Source: Candidatus Undinarchaeota archaeon (GTDB taxonomy: Archaea > SpSt-1190 > JASMDC01). From it: a stretch of DNA of 64,000 bases. A program made the translations under genes and the position numbers. The notes beneath the pieces are model-generated. The model did not search any database. It had not been told where the DNA came from and saw only the letters and a list, made by a program, of their open reading frames with translations. The stretch is from contig CAZFHY010000001.1 in assembly GCA_964519305.1 (NCBI GenBank), forward strand, positions 1 to 64,000. The letters run 5' to 3'. Positions 47,995 through 57,103 of this stretch are shown here, one piece after another (within the stretch, counting starts at the first letter, position 1; every line of letters begins with the position of its first letter).

Positions 47995-48897
47995 ATGGAG
48001 GTGTACGAGCAGGAGAGCAGGTTCCGCCAGTTCCTGTTCACCTTCAATCAAGCGTTCGCCATCTCGAACCGCCTCCGGGAGAAGGACCGGAACGAGCTGT
48101 CGGTCGTCCTGCGCAAGGCGCGCATGGACTATGATCCTGAAGAGTACGTCACTCTCACCTACGTTGCATGGATCGCTTCGTTCTTCGGCGTACTCCTCGT
48201 CGGCGGTATCTTCGTCATCGCGCTCGGTGACGTCGTAGGCTACACCAACATGATCGTGGGCGACGCCATTCTCGCGTTCTTCGTGAGCACCATCGTCTAC
48301 TCCTACTCCAAGAGCTATCCGTACGGGGAGATCAAGGACATCGGCCTCCGGATCGAGGCGGAGCTGCCTTTCATGGTCCGGAACCTCGCCATCGAGCGCG
48401 AGATGGGCATCCCCATCAAGGACTCCTTCGAGAAGCTGGCCGAGGAGGAGGGGCTCCTGGGACGCGAATCGCGGGTCATCCTTGCCGAGATCGAGCGCGG
48501 CTACTCGGTGACACAGGCACTTCGCGCTTCCTGTCAGCGTACGGAGAGCCGGTTGTACGTGCGCACCATGGCACAGCTCACCCACGCCCTGGAGATAGGT
48601 ACCGAGATCAAGTCTGTGCTCAACGCCATGGCAAAGGAGGCCGAGACCAACCTTCGTATCGCGCTCAAGGAGTACTCGGGCAAGGTATCCACGCTCTCCA
48701 TCATGTACGTCATCGTGGCGGCCGTGGTCCCCGCCATCCTGGGCGCAGCGCTCATCCTCTCGGTGCTCTTCGAGGAGGGCTCCACCCAGCTCCTCTCCGC
48801 GGACATGCTCATGCTCCTCTACTGGGGCCTCTTCCCCCTGGCCAACTACACCATCCTGGCCGTCATGAAGCGGGGACAGCCGTACATAATGGTCTGA
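47995..48897 (+). CDS. TadC-like type II secretion system F-family protein
   Basis: LRKARM; IEAELPFMVRNLAIE...G; EIERGYSV..AL; LKEYSGK; 4 TMs. Confidence 0.85.
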   Translation: MEVYEQESRFRQFLFTFNQAFAISNRLREKDRNELSVVLRKARMDYDPEEYVTLTYVAWIASFFGVLLVGGIFVIALGDVVGYTNMIVGDAILAFFVSTIVYSYSKSYPYGEIKDIGLRIEAELPFMVRNLAIEREMGIPIKDSFEKLAEEEGLLGRESRVILAEIERGYSVTQALRASCQRTESRLYVRTMAQLTHALEIGTEIKSVLNAMAKEAETNLRIALKEYSGKVSTLSIMYVIVAAVVPAILGAALILSVLFEEGSTQLLSADMLMLLYWGLFPLANYTILAVMKRGQPYIMV

Positions 48898-48929
48898 GCC
48901 CCACTTGAGGGTGACCTGAGGTGATCTAC

Positions 48930-49469
48930 ATGGAGCAGGAGTTCCTCGACGGACGTGTGCTAGTTAAGGTGGGCGACCTCACCAGAGAGGACGTGGACGC
49001 TATCGTCAACGCAGCGAACTCCGGCCTGATGGGCGGAGGTGGCGTGGACGGGGCCATACACAGGGCCGGCGGCAGGGCCATCCTGAAGGAGTGCGAGCGC
49101 ATCAGGGGGACGGACTGGCCAGATGGTCTGCCCACCGGACGCGCGGTCATCACCACCGGCGGCGGTCTTGCGGCCAGGCACGTCATCCACACGGTCGGCC
49201 CGGTCTGGAGCAGCCGGCCCGGAAAGGACGAGCAGCTGGCCAGCTGCTACACCGAGTCGCTGCGGATAGCGGTGGACAACGGACTTCGGACGATCGCGTT
49301 CCCGGCCATCTCCACCGGTATCTACCACTTCCCCAAGGACCGGGCAGCGCGCGTGGCGTCAGCGGCCGTCAAGGCTTTCCTGGAAGGGGACAGTACAATC
49401 GAGCAGGTTCGGTTCGTGTTCTTCAGCGAGGGTGATGCGAGGACGTTCCTGGACAACTGCGGGTTCTGA
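48930..49469 (+). CDS. Macro domain O-acetyl-ADP-ribose deacetylase (YmdB-like)
   Basis: GDLT; DAIVNAANSGLMGGGGVDGAIHRAGG; VIHTVGP; AFPAISTGIY. GAGGTGA RBS. Confidence 0.93.
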   Translation: MEQEFLDGRVLVKVGDLTREDVDAIVNAANSGLMGGGGVDGAIHRAGGRAILKECERIRGTDWPDGLPTGRAVITTGGGLAARHVIHTVGPVWSSRPGKDEQLASCYTESLRIAVDNGLRTIAFPAISTGIYHFPKDRAARVASAAVKAFLEGDSTIEQVRFVFFSEGDARTFLDNCGF

Positions 49470-49494
49470 GCAGGTAACGAAAGACTTATAGTGC

Positions 49495-49588
49495 TGGAGG
49501 CCCACGGTCTCAGTATACCGATTCGGTCATCGGGGGCCAGCACCCCCGTGCCATCGTAACAGGTTCATCATCGTCCGGGGGCCCTCCA
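49495..49588 (-). ncRNA. Candidate box C/D guide sRNA
   Basis: Minus strand: terminal stem UGGAGG..CCGG/CCG..CCUCCA; box C AUGAUGA (49571-49565); C'-like CGAUGA; box D CUGA (49513-49510) in K-turn register; D' box degenerate. Confidence 0.6.
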
Positions 49589-49652
49589 CAGGGATGGTCC
49601 CCGGCGGTGATATTGATTTGTGACGACCGTGAGCAGTACTTGGAAAGGCCTT

Positions 49653-50078
49653 TTACTCGTTTCCTGATGCCTTTCCGACCGCTTCCCGTGCGAACCTGGC
49701 AGCGTCCTCGAGGTCGCTCTCGTTCGGCCGACCCCAATTCACGATGAACAGGAACCGTCCCCTGCACAGGAATCCGTCCAGATATTTACCGCCTGCTTTC
49801 TCCACGGCCTGCTTCACGTCGTCAAATGTGTACGGGCTGCCAGCGTTCGTGGCGAAAGGGGCGATAATCTTACCGGACAGTTCGCTCTTGTTGAGCAGCT
49901 CCTTAATGCTGTCATGGGCCGAACCAGCATACACGCCGGACCCGAGGAACACCAGGTCCCCGTCCAGTGAGCTCACGTCCTGTGCGAGCAAAGCCTTCGT
50001 TCCGACCTCACTTGCGATTCGCTCGGCGACCTTCTTCGTGTTGGACCCTCGCGAATAGTAGACGACCTGTACATCCAT
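49653..50078 (-). CDS. Flavodoxin-family protein
   Basis: VVYYSRGSNTKKVAE; FLGSGVYAG; GRPNESDLEDAARFA. Confidence 0.9.
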   Translation of the reverse strand: MDVQVVYYSRGSNTKKVAERIASEVGTKALLAQDVSSLDGDLVFLGSGVYAGSAHDSIKELLNKSELSGKIIAPFATNAGSPYTFDDVKQAVEKAGGKYLDGFLCRGRFLFIVNWGRPNESDLEDAARFAREAVGKASGNE

Positions 50079-50131
50079 AGGTCACGTGAGGGGATGAAGT
50101 CATAAAAAGACCACTATGCTCGCCCGGCATC

Positions 50132-50860
50132 TCACCAGCCGTGCAGCACGTCATAGAGAAGATCGGGCCTGTCCGTGATGATACCGTCGACGCCGATATC
50201 CACCAATCGCTGCATGTCGGGCTCCTCGTTCACGGTATAGGAATATACCTTCAGACCTGCCTCGTGCGCAGCGTTGACGAAGGAATCGTTCAGGGACTCG
50301 TACCCGGGATTGATGGCGTCGGCGCCGGCAAGGAGCGCGGAGTAGATACTGAGCGGATTCGCGCCATGTACTAGAAGGCCGGTCCTGATGGAGGGATCGG
50401 CCTGTTTGGCCTCCCACACCTCCAGGTAGTTGAAGGAGGAGATGAGCGTGCTGGACCCGAGCCCGTACCGGTTCACGGTCTCCACGACCTCACGTGCAAG
50501 ACCGGAGTCCTTAATCTCGACGTTAACAATACCATTGCGTTCGACAGCCAGCTCGAGCGCTTCCTCAAGGGTAGGCACGTACTCCCCGTCGCCCACGTCC
50601 ATCCTCTGGAGCTCCTCGAGAGTGTAGTCGGACACCTTCCCGGTGTAGACGCCACCGGTCACGCGATCGAGGTCGTCATCGTGGATCACCACGATAATGC
50701 CGTCACGCGAGCGTCGGACATCTAGCTCTATGCCGTCCGCGCCCTCGTCGTACGCACGGGCGAATCCCCGCATGGTGTTCTCGGGTTCGAGATCACGCGC
50801 TCCTCGATGGCCGATGTTGAGGAGATCGTCCCAATCCCCGAGAGCGCCCCTGTCGCTCAT
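50132..50860 (-). CDS. Glycerophosphodiester phosphodiesterase
   Basis: IGHRGA...PENT; IELDV..SRDG..VVIHD; PTLEE; NVEIK; YTVN; GVDGIITDRP. Confidence 0.93.
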   Translation of the reverse strand: MSDRGALGDWDDLLNIGHRGARDLEPENTMRGFARAYDEGADGIELDVRRSRDGIIVVIHDDDLDRVTGGVYTGKVSDYTLEELQRMDVGDGEYVPTLEEALELAVERNGIVNVEIKDSGLAREVVETVNRYGLGSSTLISSFNYLEVWEAKQADPSIRTGLLVHGANPLSIYSALLAGADAINPGYESLNDSFVNAAHEAGLKVYSYTVNEEPDMQRLVDIGVDGIITDRPDLLYDVLHGW

Positions 50861-50940
50861 GAACGTGATGGTAACAATTGTCTTATTTGAAGCTTTCGCC
50901 GCTGCGTAGCGGATTGGCATAACTGGGGCGCCAACTATGA

Positions 50941-51017
50941 ATGTTGAATTTCATCAGTAGATTACGGGGTCACCCCCGATATTGACCGGCTAATCTACTG
51001 ATATTACCCTTCAACAT
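50941..51017. repeat. Long imperfect inverted repeat (hairpin)
   Basis: ATGTTGAA/TTCAACAT, ATCAGTAGATTA (50953-64)/TAATCTACTGAT (50991-51002) and GGTCA/TGACC are nested. Confidence 0.8.
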
Positions 51018-51068
51018 CTTCGCACACCCTACGTTGGATTTTTAAGCTTCCTTTCCTCCCCCGGGACC

Positions 51069-51398
51069 ATGGCAGAAGTGGAGCTTGAGCTCGAGCTCGA
51101 TGACACCGAGTACGACTTCGGCGAGGAGATCGACGTATCCTTCACCGTGGAGACCGATGAGGACCTCTCAGTGCGCGGCGTCCGTGTTGAGCTATTGAAC
51201 AACGGCAGCGTCGTTCAGACCATGAAAGAGGAGTTCCCCTCCATCCCTCGAGGCGAGAACGAGTACGAGTTCACCATACCCGTACCCAGGGGTAGACCGA
51301 CCGAGGATGGTGGGCGTTGGACCGTTCGCGGTATCGTGGACATACCTCTTTGGCCCGATAAGTCCGTGAGCAAGGACGTCGTTGTTTGCGAGCCTTAG
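51069..51398 (+). CDS. Small acidic beta-sandwich protein (arrestin-N/Spo0M-like)
   Basis: YDFGEEI; VRGVRVEL; GENEYEFTIPVP; WTVRGIVDIPLWPD; TTTTTAAG promoter upstream. Confidence 0.65.
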   Translation: MAEVELELELDDTEYDFGEEIDVSFTVETDEDLSVRGVRVELLNNGSVVQTMKEEFPSIPRGENEYEFTIPVPRGRPTEDGGRWTVRGIVDIPLWPDKSVSKDVVVCEP

Positions 51399-51446
51399 AG
51401 AACGCCCGTCCTCACCACTAAAGAGGCCGGGAAGGCCCATGTCAAG

Positions 51447-51478
51447 GAAAAGTATAAATTCTTATTAAGCCTTAATAA
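51447..51478 (+). promoter_or_regulatory. BRE/TATA with adjacent palindromic operator
   Basis: GAAAAGTATAAA followed by TTATTAAG-C-CTTAATAA (51462-51478). Confidence 0.55.
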
Positions 51479-51715
51479 TATATTGGACTATCGTGGAGCT
51501 GGCCCGCAATGGCTCCCCTTCTGGAGGGACTGGGAAGTCGGGATCGCGCCTGTCCACAGCCCATGGATGACGTAGGGACCAACGGCGACCTCTGCATTCT
51601 ATGCTGGTCGGAACGACACCTTCCCCCCTGAACGGTGACCGGCCCATGTGGTCGCCGCCCCCTTCGTCACTCGTTTGACATCGGTTTTTTAAAGGAGTGT
51701 GCAATCTCTCCTTGC

Positions 51716-52006
51716 ATGGATGATGACCTTGAGGAGCGTGTTTATGCCCTCGAGCGCGAGGTCAGGCTTCTCACCGAGCAGACCGAGACCATGCGCAGGG
51801 TCGTCGGTCGCCTCGTACCCATCCTTTCCGACAGCGTGCGACAACTTGCTGACATCCAGCATGAGCTAAAGCGCATCAAGGTAGTCCATGTGGGATCGGG
51901 CGATGAGACGCTCGAGGAGCGTGAGGCACGTTTGGCGTCCGAGCGAGATGCCGATGAGGAGGTGGACCATGATGTCCGCCACCCCCACCACATCAAGATA
52001 GGCTGA
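51716..52006 (+). CDS. Small coiled-coil hypothetical protein
   Basis: MDDDLEERVYALEREVRLL heptads; TTTTTTAAA box about 25 nt upstream. Confidence 0.65.
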   Translation: MDDDLEERVYALEREVRLLTEQTETMRRVVGRLVPILSDSVRQLADIQHELKRIKVVHVGSGDETLEEREARLASERDADEEVDHDVRHPHHIKIG

Positions 52007-52074
52007 CCCCGAGGGGTGTCCAGGACCGTTTCTTAAGGATTATTGTCGTTTCCCAGCAGAATATGGTATGTTTT

Positions 52075-52118
52075 TGTAATGTTGTTATCATTATATAAAC
52101 ATTACATATCAATTACAT
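52075..52118 (+). promoter_or_regulatory. Inverted-repeat operator bracketing the TATA box of the RHH gene
   Basis: TGTAATGTT-N14-AACATTACA around TTATATAAA; extra ATTACAT at 52112. Confidence 0.65.
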
Positions 52119-52122
52119 CACC

Positions 52123-52437
52123 ATGCCAGCTGACGTCCTTATCCAGTTCAAGTTATCGCCAGGGCTCGTGTCCATGATCGACGAGGTGCTCGCCTCAGGG
52201 TTCTATGTCAACCGTACCGAGTTCCTCAGGGACGCCGTACGTACTCGACTGGAAGTGCTCCAGGAACACGGGCTTGCCAGGAAGTTACGGGCACACCGGA
52301 GGCCGGGACCCTCCGTCGTCACCGAGAACGTGCATACGGACCATGAGGACCTCTCACACCACGTTCACCACTGGAACGAACATCGCAGTGTCATGGGTGA
52401 CGTTCCGTCGACGGGGCGAGGGGAGGACACGCTCTAA
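52123..52437 (+). CDS. Ribbon-helix-helix (CopG/Arc/MetJ) regulator
   Basis: IQFKLSPGLVSMIDEVLASGFYVNRTEFLRDAVR; His-rich C-terminus. Confidence 0.85.
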   Translation: MPADVLIQFKLSPGLVSMIDEVLASGFYVNRTEFLRDAVRTRLEVLQEHGLARKLRAHRRPGPSVVTENVHTDHEDLSHHVHHWNEHRSVMGDVPSTGRGEDTL

Positions 52438-53606
52438 TCGGATGACGGAGAGGTATCATCGTCCGGTCGCAGCCCCTGTCGCGTCGACCATGCAGGCCAC
52501 AGCCGGCCCCACGGACCCCCGACATGGACCGTCGCCTCAGTGTGGGGGCAATACAGCTCACATTCCATGCAGAGCACGCACTCATCGCTGACCTCAAGGC
52601 CATCGCCCACACGGGATACGGCACCCCAGTCACACACAGCACGGCAGATCTTGCACCGGTCGACCCTATCGCAGCGGATGTCCAGCCGATAAAGCCCGAA
52701 CCGGCTCAAGAGGGCGGTGAGCGCGCCCATCGGGCACATCGTCGTACAGAAGCCCCGCCGCATCGTCAGCGCCAGGAGCGTCACGATGGCCGCTGCCGCC
52801 AACGCCAGCCGGGGATCGGGCGTGAGATAGAAGTAGGAGACGGGGCAGAACGAGCAGATCGCCATGTATCCGAACACGACCATCGCCCACAGTGCGACGG
52901 CCAAGACCTCGTACCTGACAGTAAGGGGACGGGGGACACCGCCCTTGGGCTGGTCGACGGCAGCGTCCACAACGTCGATCATGGTGCCTATGGGGCACAA
53001 CCATCCGCAGAACGCGCGTGAGGCAAGCAGCGAGAATCCTGCTGCGAGCACGGCGAGGGTAGCCCATGCACCGGTGAGATAGTACAGCTGCATCGAGCCG
53101 AACGGACAATCGAGCGCATTCCATGGCCCCGGGAGCCAGACCGGGGCCAGCGAACCGGTGTACGCCCACACATCGGCAGGTCCTGCCGCCAGTAAGAGGA
53201 AGATGAGGAGGACCGCCCCTTGTGACATCTGTCGCCACGTGAACCGTCGCGGTTTCCGTGGGACGACCAATGCATTGCGAGGGCAGGTGGCCGTGCACTC
53301 CTTGCACGTCTCGCACGCCCCGGTGTCAACCTCGAGCTCCCCGTCAACGGTGAGCGCGTCCTCGGGACAGGATAGGAAGCACGCTCTGCAGGCCTTCGTG
53401 CACTGTTCCTCGTCCACCGTCAGAGCGCCGTCGTCAATGGCGATGGCACCCTCGGGACAGGCCCCGATGCAGTTACCGCACTTGCTACAGCGGTCAAGGT
53501 CCACCGAGATGCGCCTGTCACGTACGGACAGCGCTCCCAGTTCGCAGCGTCCGATGCAGTCACCGCATCCGTCGCATACGTCCCTGAGGACCACCGGGAC
53601 GACCAT
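52434..53606 (-). CDS. Polyferredoxin-fused NapH/MauN-like membrane Fe-S protein
   Basis: Four N-terminal ferredoxin motifs; TMs; RAFCGWLCPIG; RGFCTTMCPMG; two C-terminal clusters. Confidence 0.85.
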   Translation of the reverse strand: MVVPVVLRDVCDGCGDCIGRCELGALSVRDRRISVDLDRCSKCGNCIGACPEGAIAIDDGALTVDEEQCTKACRACFLSCPEDALTVDGELEVDTGACETCKECTATCPRNALVVPRKPRRFTWRQMSQGAVLLIFLLLAAGPADVWAYTGSLAPVWLPGPWNALDCPFGSMQLYYLTGAWATLAVLAAGFSLLASRAFCGWLCPIGTMIDVVDAAVDQPKGGVPRPLTVRYEVLAVALWAMVVFGYMAICSFCPVSYFYLTPDPRLALAAAAIVTLLALTMRRGFCTTMCPMGALTALLSRFGLYRLDIRCDRVDRCKICRAVCDWGAVSRVGDGLEVSDECVLCMECELYCPHTEATVHVGGPWGRLWPAWSTRQGLRPDDDTSPSSD

Positions 53607-53638
53607 CACCGATGGCTTTGCCGGGAATGCTTATATCA

Positions 53639-55483
53639 CTATGGGCGGTCAGCGCAACGCCCGTTGCGGGACAGCCGGACCAGGGCCCAGCCGGGTCCGG
53701 TGGAAACCCTCTCGCCCCTTAGCGGGGGATCGAGCGTGCCCACGTCACCCGTGTCGACGAGATATACAGGACGGCCCGAGCACACGAGCGATGTGGTCGC
53801 GGAGAGGTCGATCTCGTACCGGAAGTCGGAGGCGAGCTGCTGTCGTCTGTACGCGAGTGCCGCTCGTCCGTCCCGGACCATGACCACTTGGGGAGCAAGA
53901 GGAACGATGATGACGGCGTTCCTCTCCGTTCCGCGGATCGCCATGGAGAGAGGTAGTTCTTCCGGCAGGACATCACCCAATAAATGTTCGTGACCGCGCT
54001 CCGAGATGGTGAGCTGTGTCAGGGACGCTGGCGTTCTCAGTGCGTGCGAGGCCATATCTTCGATTTCGGCAGGCAGGATCGGCGGATTCGCAAGGAGCGG
54101 GACCATTGCCTCCATCCCGTTTTCACGTTCCTGCACGAAAAAGGCCAGCCACGGCTCCTCAGAGATCTCCAGGTAGCGTGAATCCATAGGTGGTTGCCAC
54201 AATAATGAGAGAGTAGCGAAAAGCACGAGGGCGCTGGCGACCATGCCAATGATGATGAGAGCGAAGTACCGATCGCGACGCCGGGCCCAGGCGACGCCGT
54301 AGGCCGCGAGCAGCAGGAACGCAGGCATCAGAGGTTGCATGTACCTGTTCTTGATGATGCTCCAGTTCTCATTGGAGGCCAGAAGAAGGAACGTGGGAAC
54401 TATCCATAGCACCAACAGGACCGCACGCCCTCGGTCCCTTGTGCACAGGTCGGCGAGCCCGATCAGCGCGAGGGAGGCCAGGGCGGTCCCAAGGGAACGA
54501 AGGATGAACAGGGGTATGAACAGCGCGACTGGCGACGGGAAACCCGGTGTCCGGACAATACGGTCGTGGAAAGGCCAGTTCAGCAATCCCATGAACATGA
54601 AATCGCGTGTCAGGAACCGGTGAGGGAACACGTACCGGTCCCCACCTAGCTTGTACCGCATCGGATCGCACAGTTCAGGCTCCCTATAGGCCGCGGGATC
54701 ACATGACAGGATGCATCCCTGGACCGGGTGGATGAAGATGCTGCCGCATGCACGCTGGTATACCAGCATCCACGGCAGAGCGGCCAAGAGACCGCCGATG
54801 GTGAACAACGCCAGCTGGTGCCATCGATGAGGGCCGCGGCCGTAACGCCAGAGGCAGGCCGGGAGCAGGAGCACGAGCGGATTGGACATCCCCGCGGCCG
54901 CACCCAGGGCAAGGCCTGCCGCAAGGGGCTCACGCCGGCCCTGTCTACGATGGAGCACGGCTAGGAGCACCGTCGCAGCTGCAAGGACCACTATGTTCAG
55001 CAGATCGTTGATGAAGAGCATCATGCCCGTCGGGTCCATGAATTCCTGCGGCGGCTGCACCGCCGAGTACAGGACCACTGCGTTGAGGCTCCCTAGCGCC
55101 CCGATCACAATAGCGGCCACTGTCCCGGCACCTGCACCCTCTGACGCCACGAGGAGCGTCAGGAAGACTATCCCGGACGCGAGGGCGGCGACAATGTAAA
55201 TACCATGGGTCGCAGTGAGCGAACCCGCGGCAGCGAGCACGGTGGACGCGCCGATCTCACGCGAGTGATGGTCATGTCCAAGGTCCATGCGCCGTGATAA
55301 TGACGGTTGGTCCAGGCCCTTCGGGTCCAGGTCGATAAGCTGGCCGAGCATGCCTGCCGCGACATCCAGTGGTTCGGGCAATTTCTGGATGTAGGAGAGC
55401 TTCACGTCCAAGGCCGCGACGTACATGGCACCTATGACCAAGAACAGTGCCACCGCCGCCAATGTGCGGGTTGTTCCTTCCAC
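53639..55483 (-). CDS. Multi-pass GT-C (ArnT/PMT-like) glycosyltransferase-like membrane protein
   Basis: About 11 TMs; AGLALGAAAG; RYMQPLMPAFLLLAAYG. Start uncertain (GTG 55483 or 55513). Confidence 0.6.
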   Translation of the reverse strand: MEGTTRTLAAVALFLVIGAMYVAALDVKLSYIQKLPEPLDVAAGMLGQLIDLDPKGLDQPSLSRRMDLGHDHHSREIGASTVLAAAGSLTATHGIYIVAALASGIVFLTLLVASEGAGAGTVAAIVIGALGSLNAVVLYSAVQPPQEFMDPTGMMLFINDLLNIVVLAAATVLLAVLHRRQGRREPLAAGLALGAAAGMSNPLVLLLPACLWRYGRGPHRWHQLALFTIGGLLAALPWMLVYQRACGSIFIHPVQGCILSCDPAAYREPELCDPMRYKLGGDRYVFPHRFLTRDFMFMGLLNWPFHDRIVRTPGFPSPVALFIPLFILRSLGTALASLALIGLADLCTRDRGRAVLLVLWIVPTFLLLASNENWSIIKNRYMQPLMPAFLLLAAYGVAWARRRDRYFALIIIGMVASALVLFATLSLLWQPPMDSRYLEISEEPWLAFFVQERENGMEAMVPLLANPPILPAEIEDMASHALRTPASLTQLTISERGHEHLLGDVLPEELPLSMAIRGTERNAVIIVPLAPQVVMVRDGRAALAYRRQQLASDFRYEIDLSATTSLVCSGRPVYLVDTGDVGTLDPPLRGERVSTGPGWALVRLSRNGRCADRP

Positions 55484-55544
55484 GTCCTTGATGGATGACT
55501 CCCATGACAACACTTATATTTCTTCCAAGACCACTCTTTTATTG

Positions 55545-56156
55545 ATGGAACAGCCCTCCAGGCGGGCGGTCCTCGCTGCGCTGCCACGCGCCGCTCTCGC
55601 CGCTTTCATTATCTCGGTAGGCCTCGCTCGGGCGGGCCGTGTGCGCCGCTCTCTAGGGCTCGCACCACCAGAGCGCATCATCCGGCCGCCCGGCGCGCTC
55701 CCCGACAAGCAGTTCAAGGCAGCGTGCGTGCGGTGCACGAAATGCGTGGACGTATGCCCCACAAAGGCCATCGAGAAGGTGGGTATGGAGGGCTGGCCCG
55801 ACGAGTACGGCACGCCCCGGCTCGTCACCAAGTGCCTCTTCTGGGACGGGTGCACACAATGCGTGGACGCCTGCCCCACTGACGCCCTCAGCAATTTCGA
55901 TCCGGACAAGGTACGCTTGGCAACGGCGGAGGTCGTCGAGTCGACCTGTATAGTCCATAAACAAGAGAAGCAGTGCTTCGTATGCCAGGAGTTCTGTCCG
56001 TTCGATGCGGTGAAGACCGTGCTCGCACCGGAGAATGATCCGCCCTTCGACAAGGTGCCCCAGATCTCGACCACCGAGTGCATGGGTTGTTTCTTCTGCC
56101 ATGAGGTGTGCCCGACGGACCCCAAGTCCATCAAGATGGGCCCGGTGATGCCATGA
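55545..56156 (+). CDS. NapG/MauM-family ferredoxin with Tat-like signal
   Basis: SRRAVL; IRPPGALP...F...CVRCTKCVDVCPT; GTP; four cluster motifs. Confidence 0.85.
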   Translation: MEQPSRRAVLAALPRAALAAFIISVGLARAGRVRRSLGLAPPERIIRPPGALPDKQFKAACVRCTKCVDVCPTKAIEKVGMEGWPDEYGTPRLVTKCLFWDGCTQCVDACPTDALSNFDPDKVRLATAEVVESTCIVHKQEKQCFVCQEFCPFDAVKTVLAPENDPPFDKVPQISTTECMGCFFCHEVCPTDPKSIKMGPVMP

Positions 56157-57103
56157 GCCGGGACGATGAGGACGATGCTCCCGAGAAGGCAGCGGACGCT
56201 CTAAAGGAGATGAACGCACGAAGGATCTCCCGTCGCGCGATGGTGCGGGCGTTCCTTCTGGGTGGACTGGGGGCCTTGGGCGCTTGGCACATGAGCCGGC
56301 CGGGCGAGCTACCGCTCGATGTCGTGCGTCGAGCGACACCGGACCTGCCGTCCTGCAAGGTAACGGCCGAAGGGGTACAGGACTGGACATCACAGGAAGA
56401 GCTCATCGCTGCGCTCAGGACGGGGCTCGATGGGATAGGTGGTGTCCGCTCCATCGTCCCGAACGGTTCCACCGTGTTCATCAAGCCCAACCTCGTCCGT
56501 CACGACAACCAGTTCGATCCCCGTGTTGTGCCGGCCCTGGTACAGCTCATCGAGGAAGCGGGGGCAGAGCGCGTGCTCGTGGGAGATAATGCGCCGGCGC
56601 CCACTCGATATACGGCCGACAGCATCGGCCTCTTGCGCCATCTGCGTCAGACCGACGCCGAGTTCGTGGAAGTGGAGCGCGGCAAGTTCTCGATGGTGGA
56701 CATCCCGAACGGTGTGGCGGTCAAGAAAGCGCCCATGTCCAACTACATGCTCGACACGGACGTGCTAGTGAACGTGGCGTTCTTCAAGAAGCACCCTCAT
56801 TACAAGGTCAATTACAGCCTGGCCCTCAAGAACCTCATGGGTCTGGTCAGGTTCCAGGACATCGTCCATCTTGTCCACCCGGTGCTCGAGGACGGGATCC
56901 CTGACCTCGTGTCGACGGTGACACCTCAGCTGAACATCGTCGATATGCTCGGGACGCCAGCAAAGACGGTGGTCATGGGCACCCACCCTGTAGCAGTGGA
57001 CCGTGTGGCCATGGACCTATATGGAGAGAAGGACATGCCACTCTATCTTCAGCGCGCGTTCGCGCGTTTCTCCGAGGTGCTCGCCGGATGCGACGGACAA
57101 TGA
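56153..57103 (+). CDS. DUF362-family protein with Tat-like signal
   Basis: ISRRAMVRAFL; LDGIGG; VFIKPN; LALKNLMG; PVAVD. ATGA overlap. Confidence 0.8.
   Translation: MSRDDEDDAPEKAADALKEMNARRISRRAMVRAFLLGGLGALGAWHMSRPGELPLDVVRRATPDLPSCKVTAEGVQDWTSQEELIAALRTGLDGIGGVRSIVPNGSTVFIKPNLVRHDNQFDPRVVPALVQLIEEAGAERVLVGDNAPAPTRYTADSIGLLRHLRQTDAEFVEVERGKFSMVDIPNGVAVKKAPMSNYMLDTDVLVNVAFFKKHPHYKVNYSLALKNLMGLVRFQDIVHLVHPVLEDGIPDLVSTVTPQLNIVDMLGTPAKTVVMGTHPVAVDRVAMDLYGEKDMPLYLQRAFARFSEVLAGCDGQ

Noticed and set aside
49503-49631. Plus-strand 5S rRNA-like or SRP-like reading (CGGTCAT...CACCCCCGTGCCATC)
   Set aside because: Lacks the conserved 5S loop C (CCGAAC) and helix pattern and is too short for SRP RNA; the minus-strand C/D reading fits better.
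50890-50960. Hammerhead-like CUGAUGA...GAAA on the minus strand
   Set aside because: Stem II cannot close and no compatible stem III/cleavage triplet was found.
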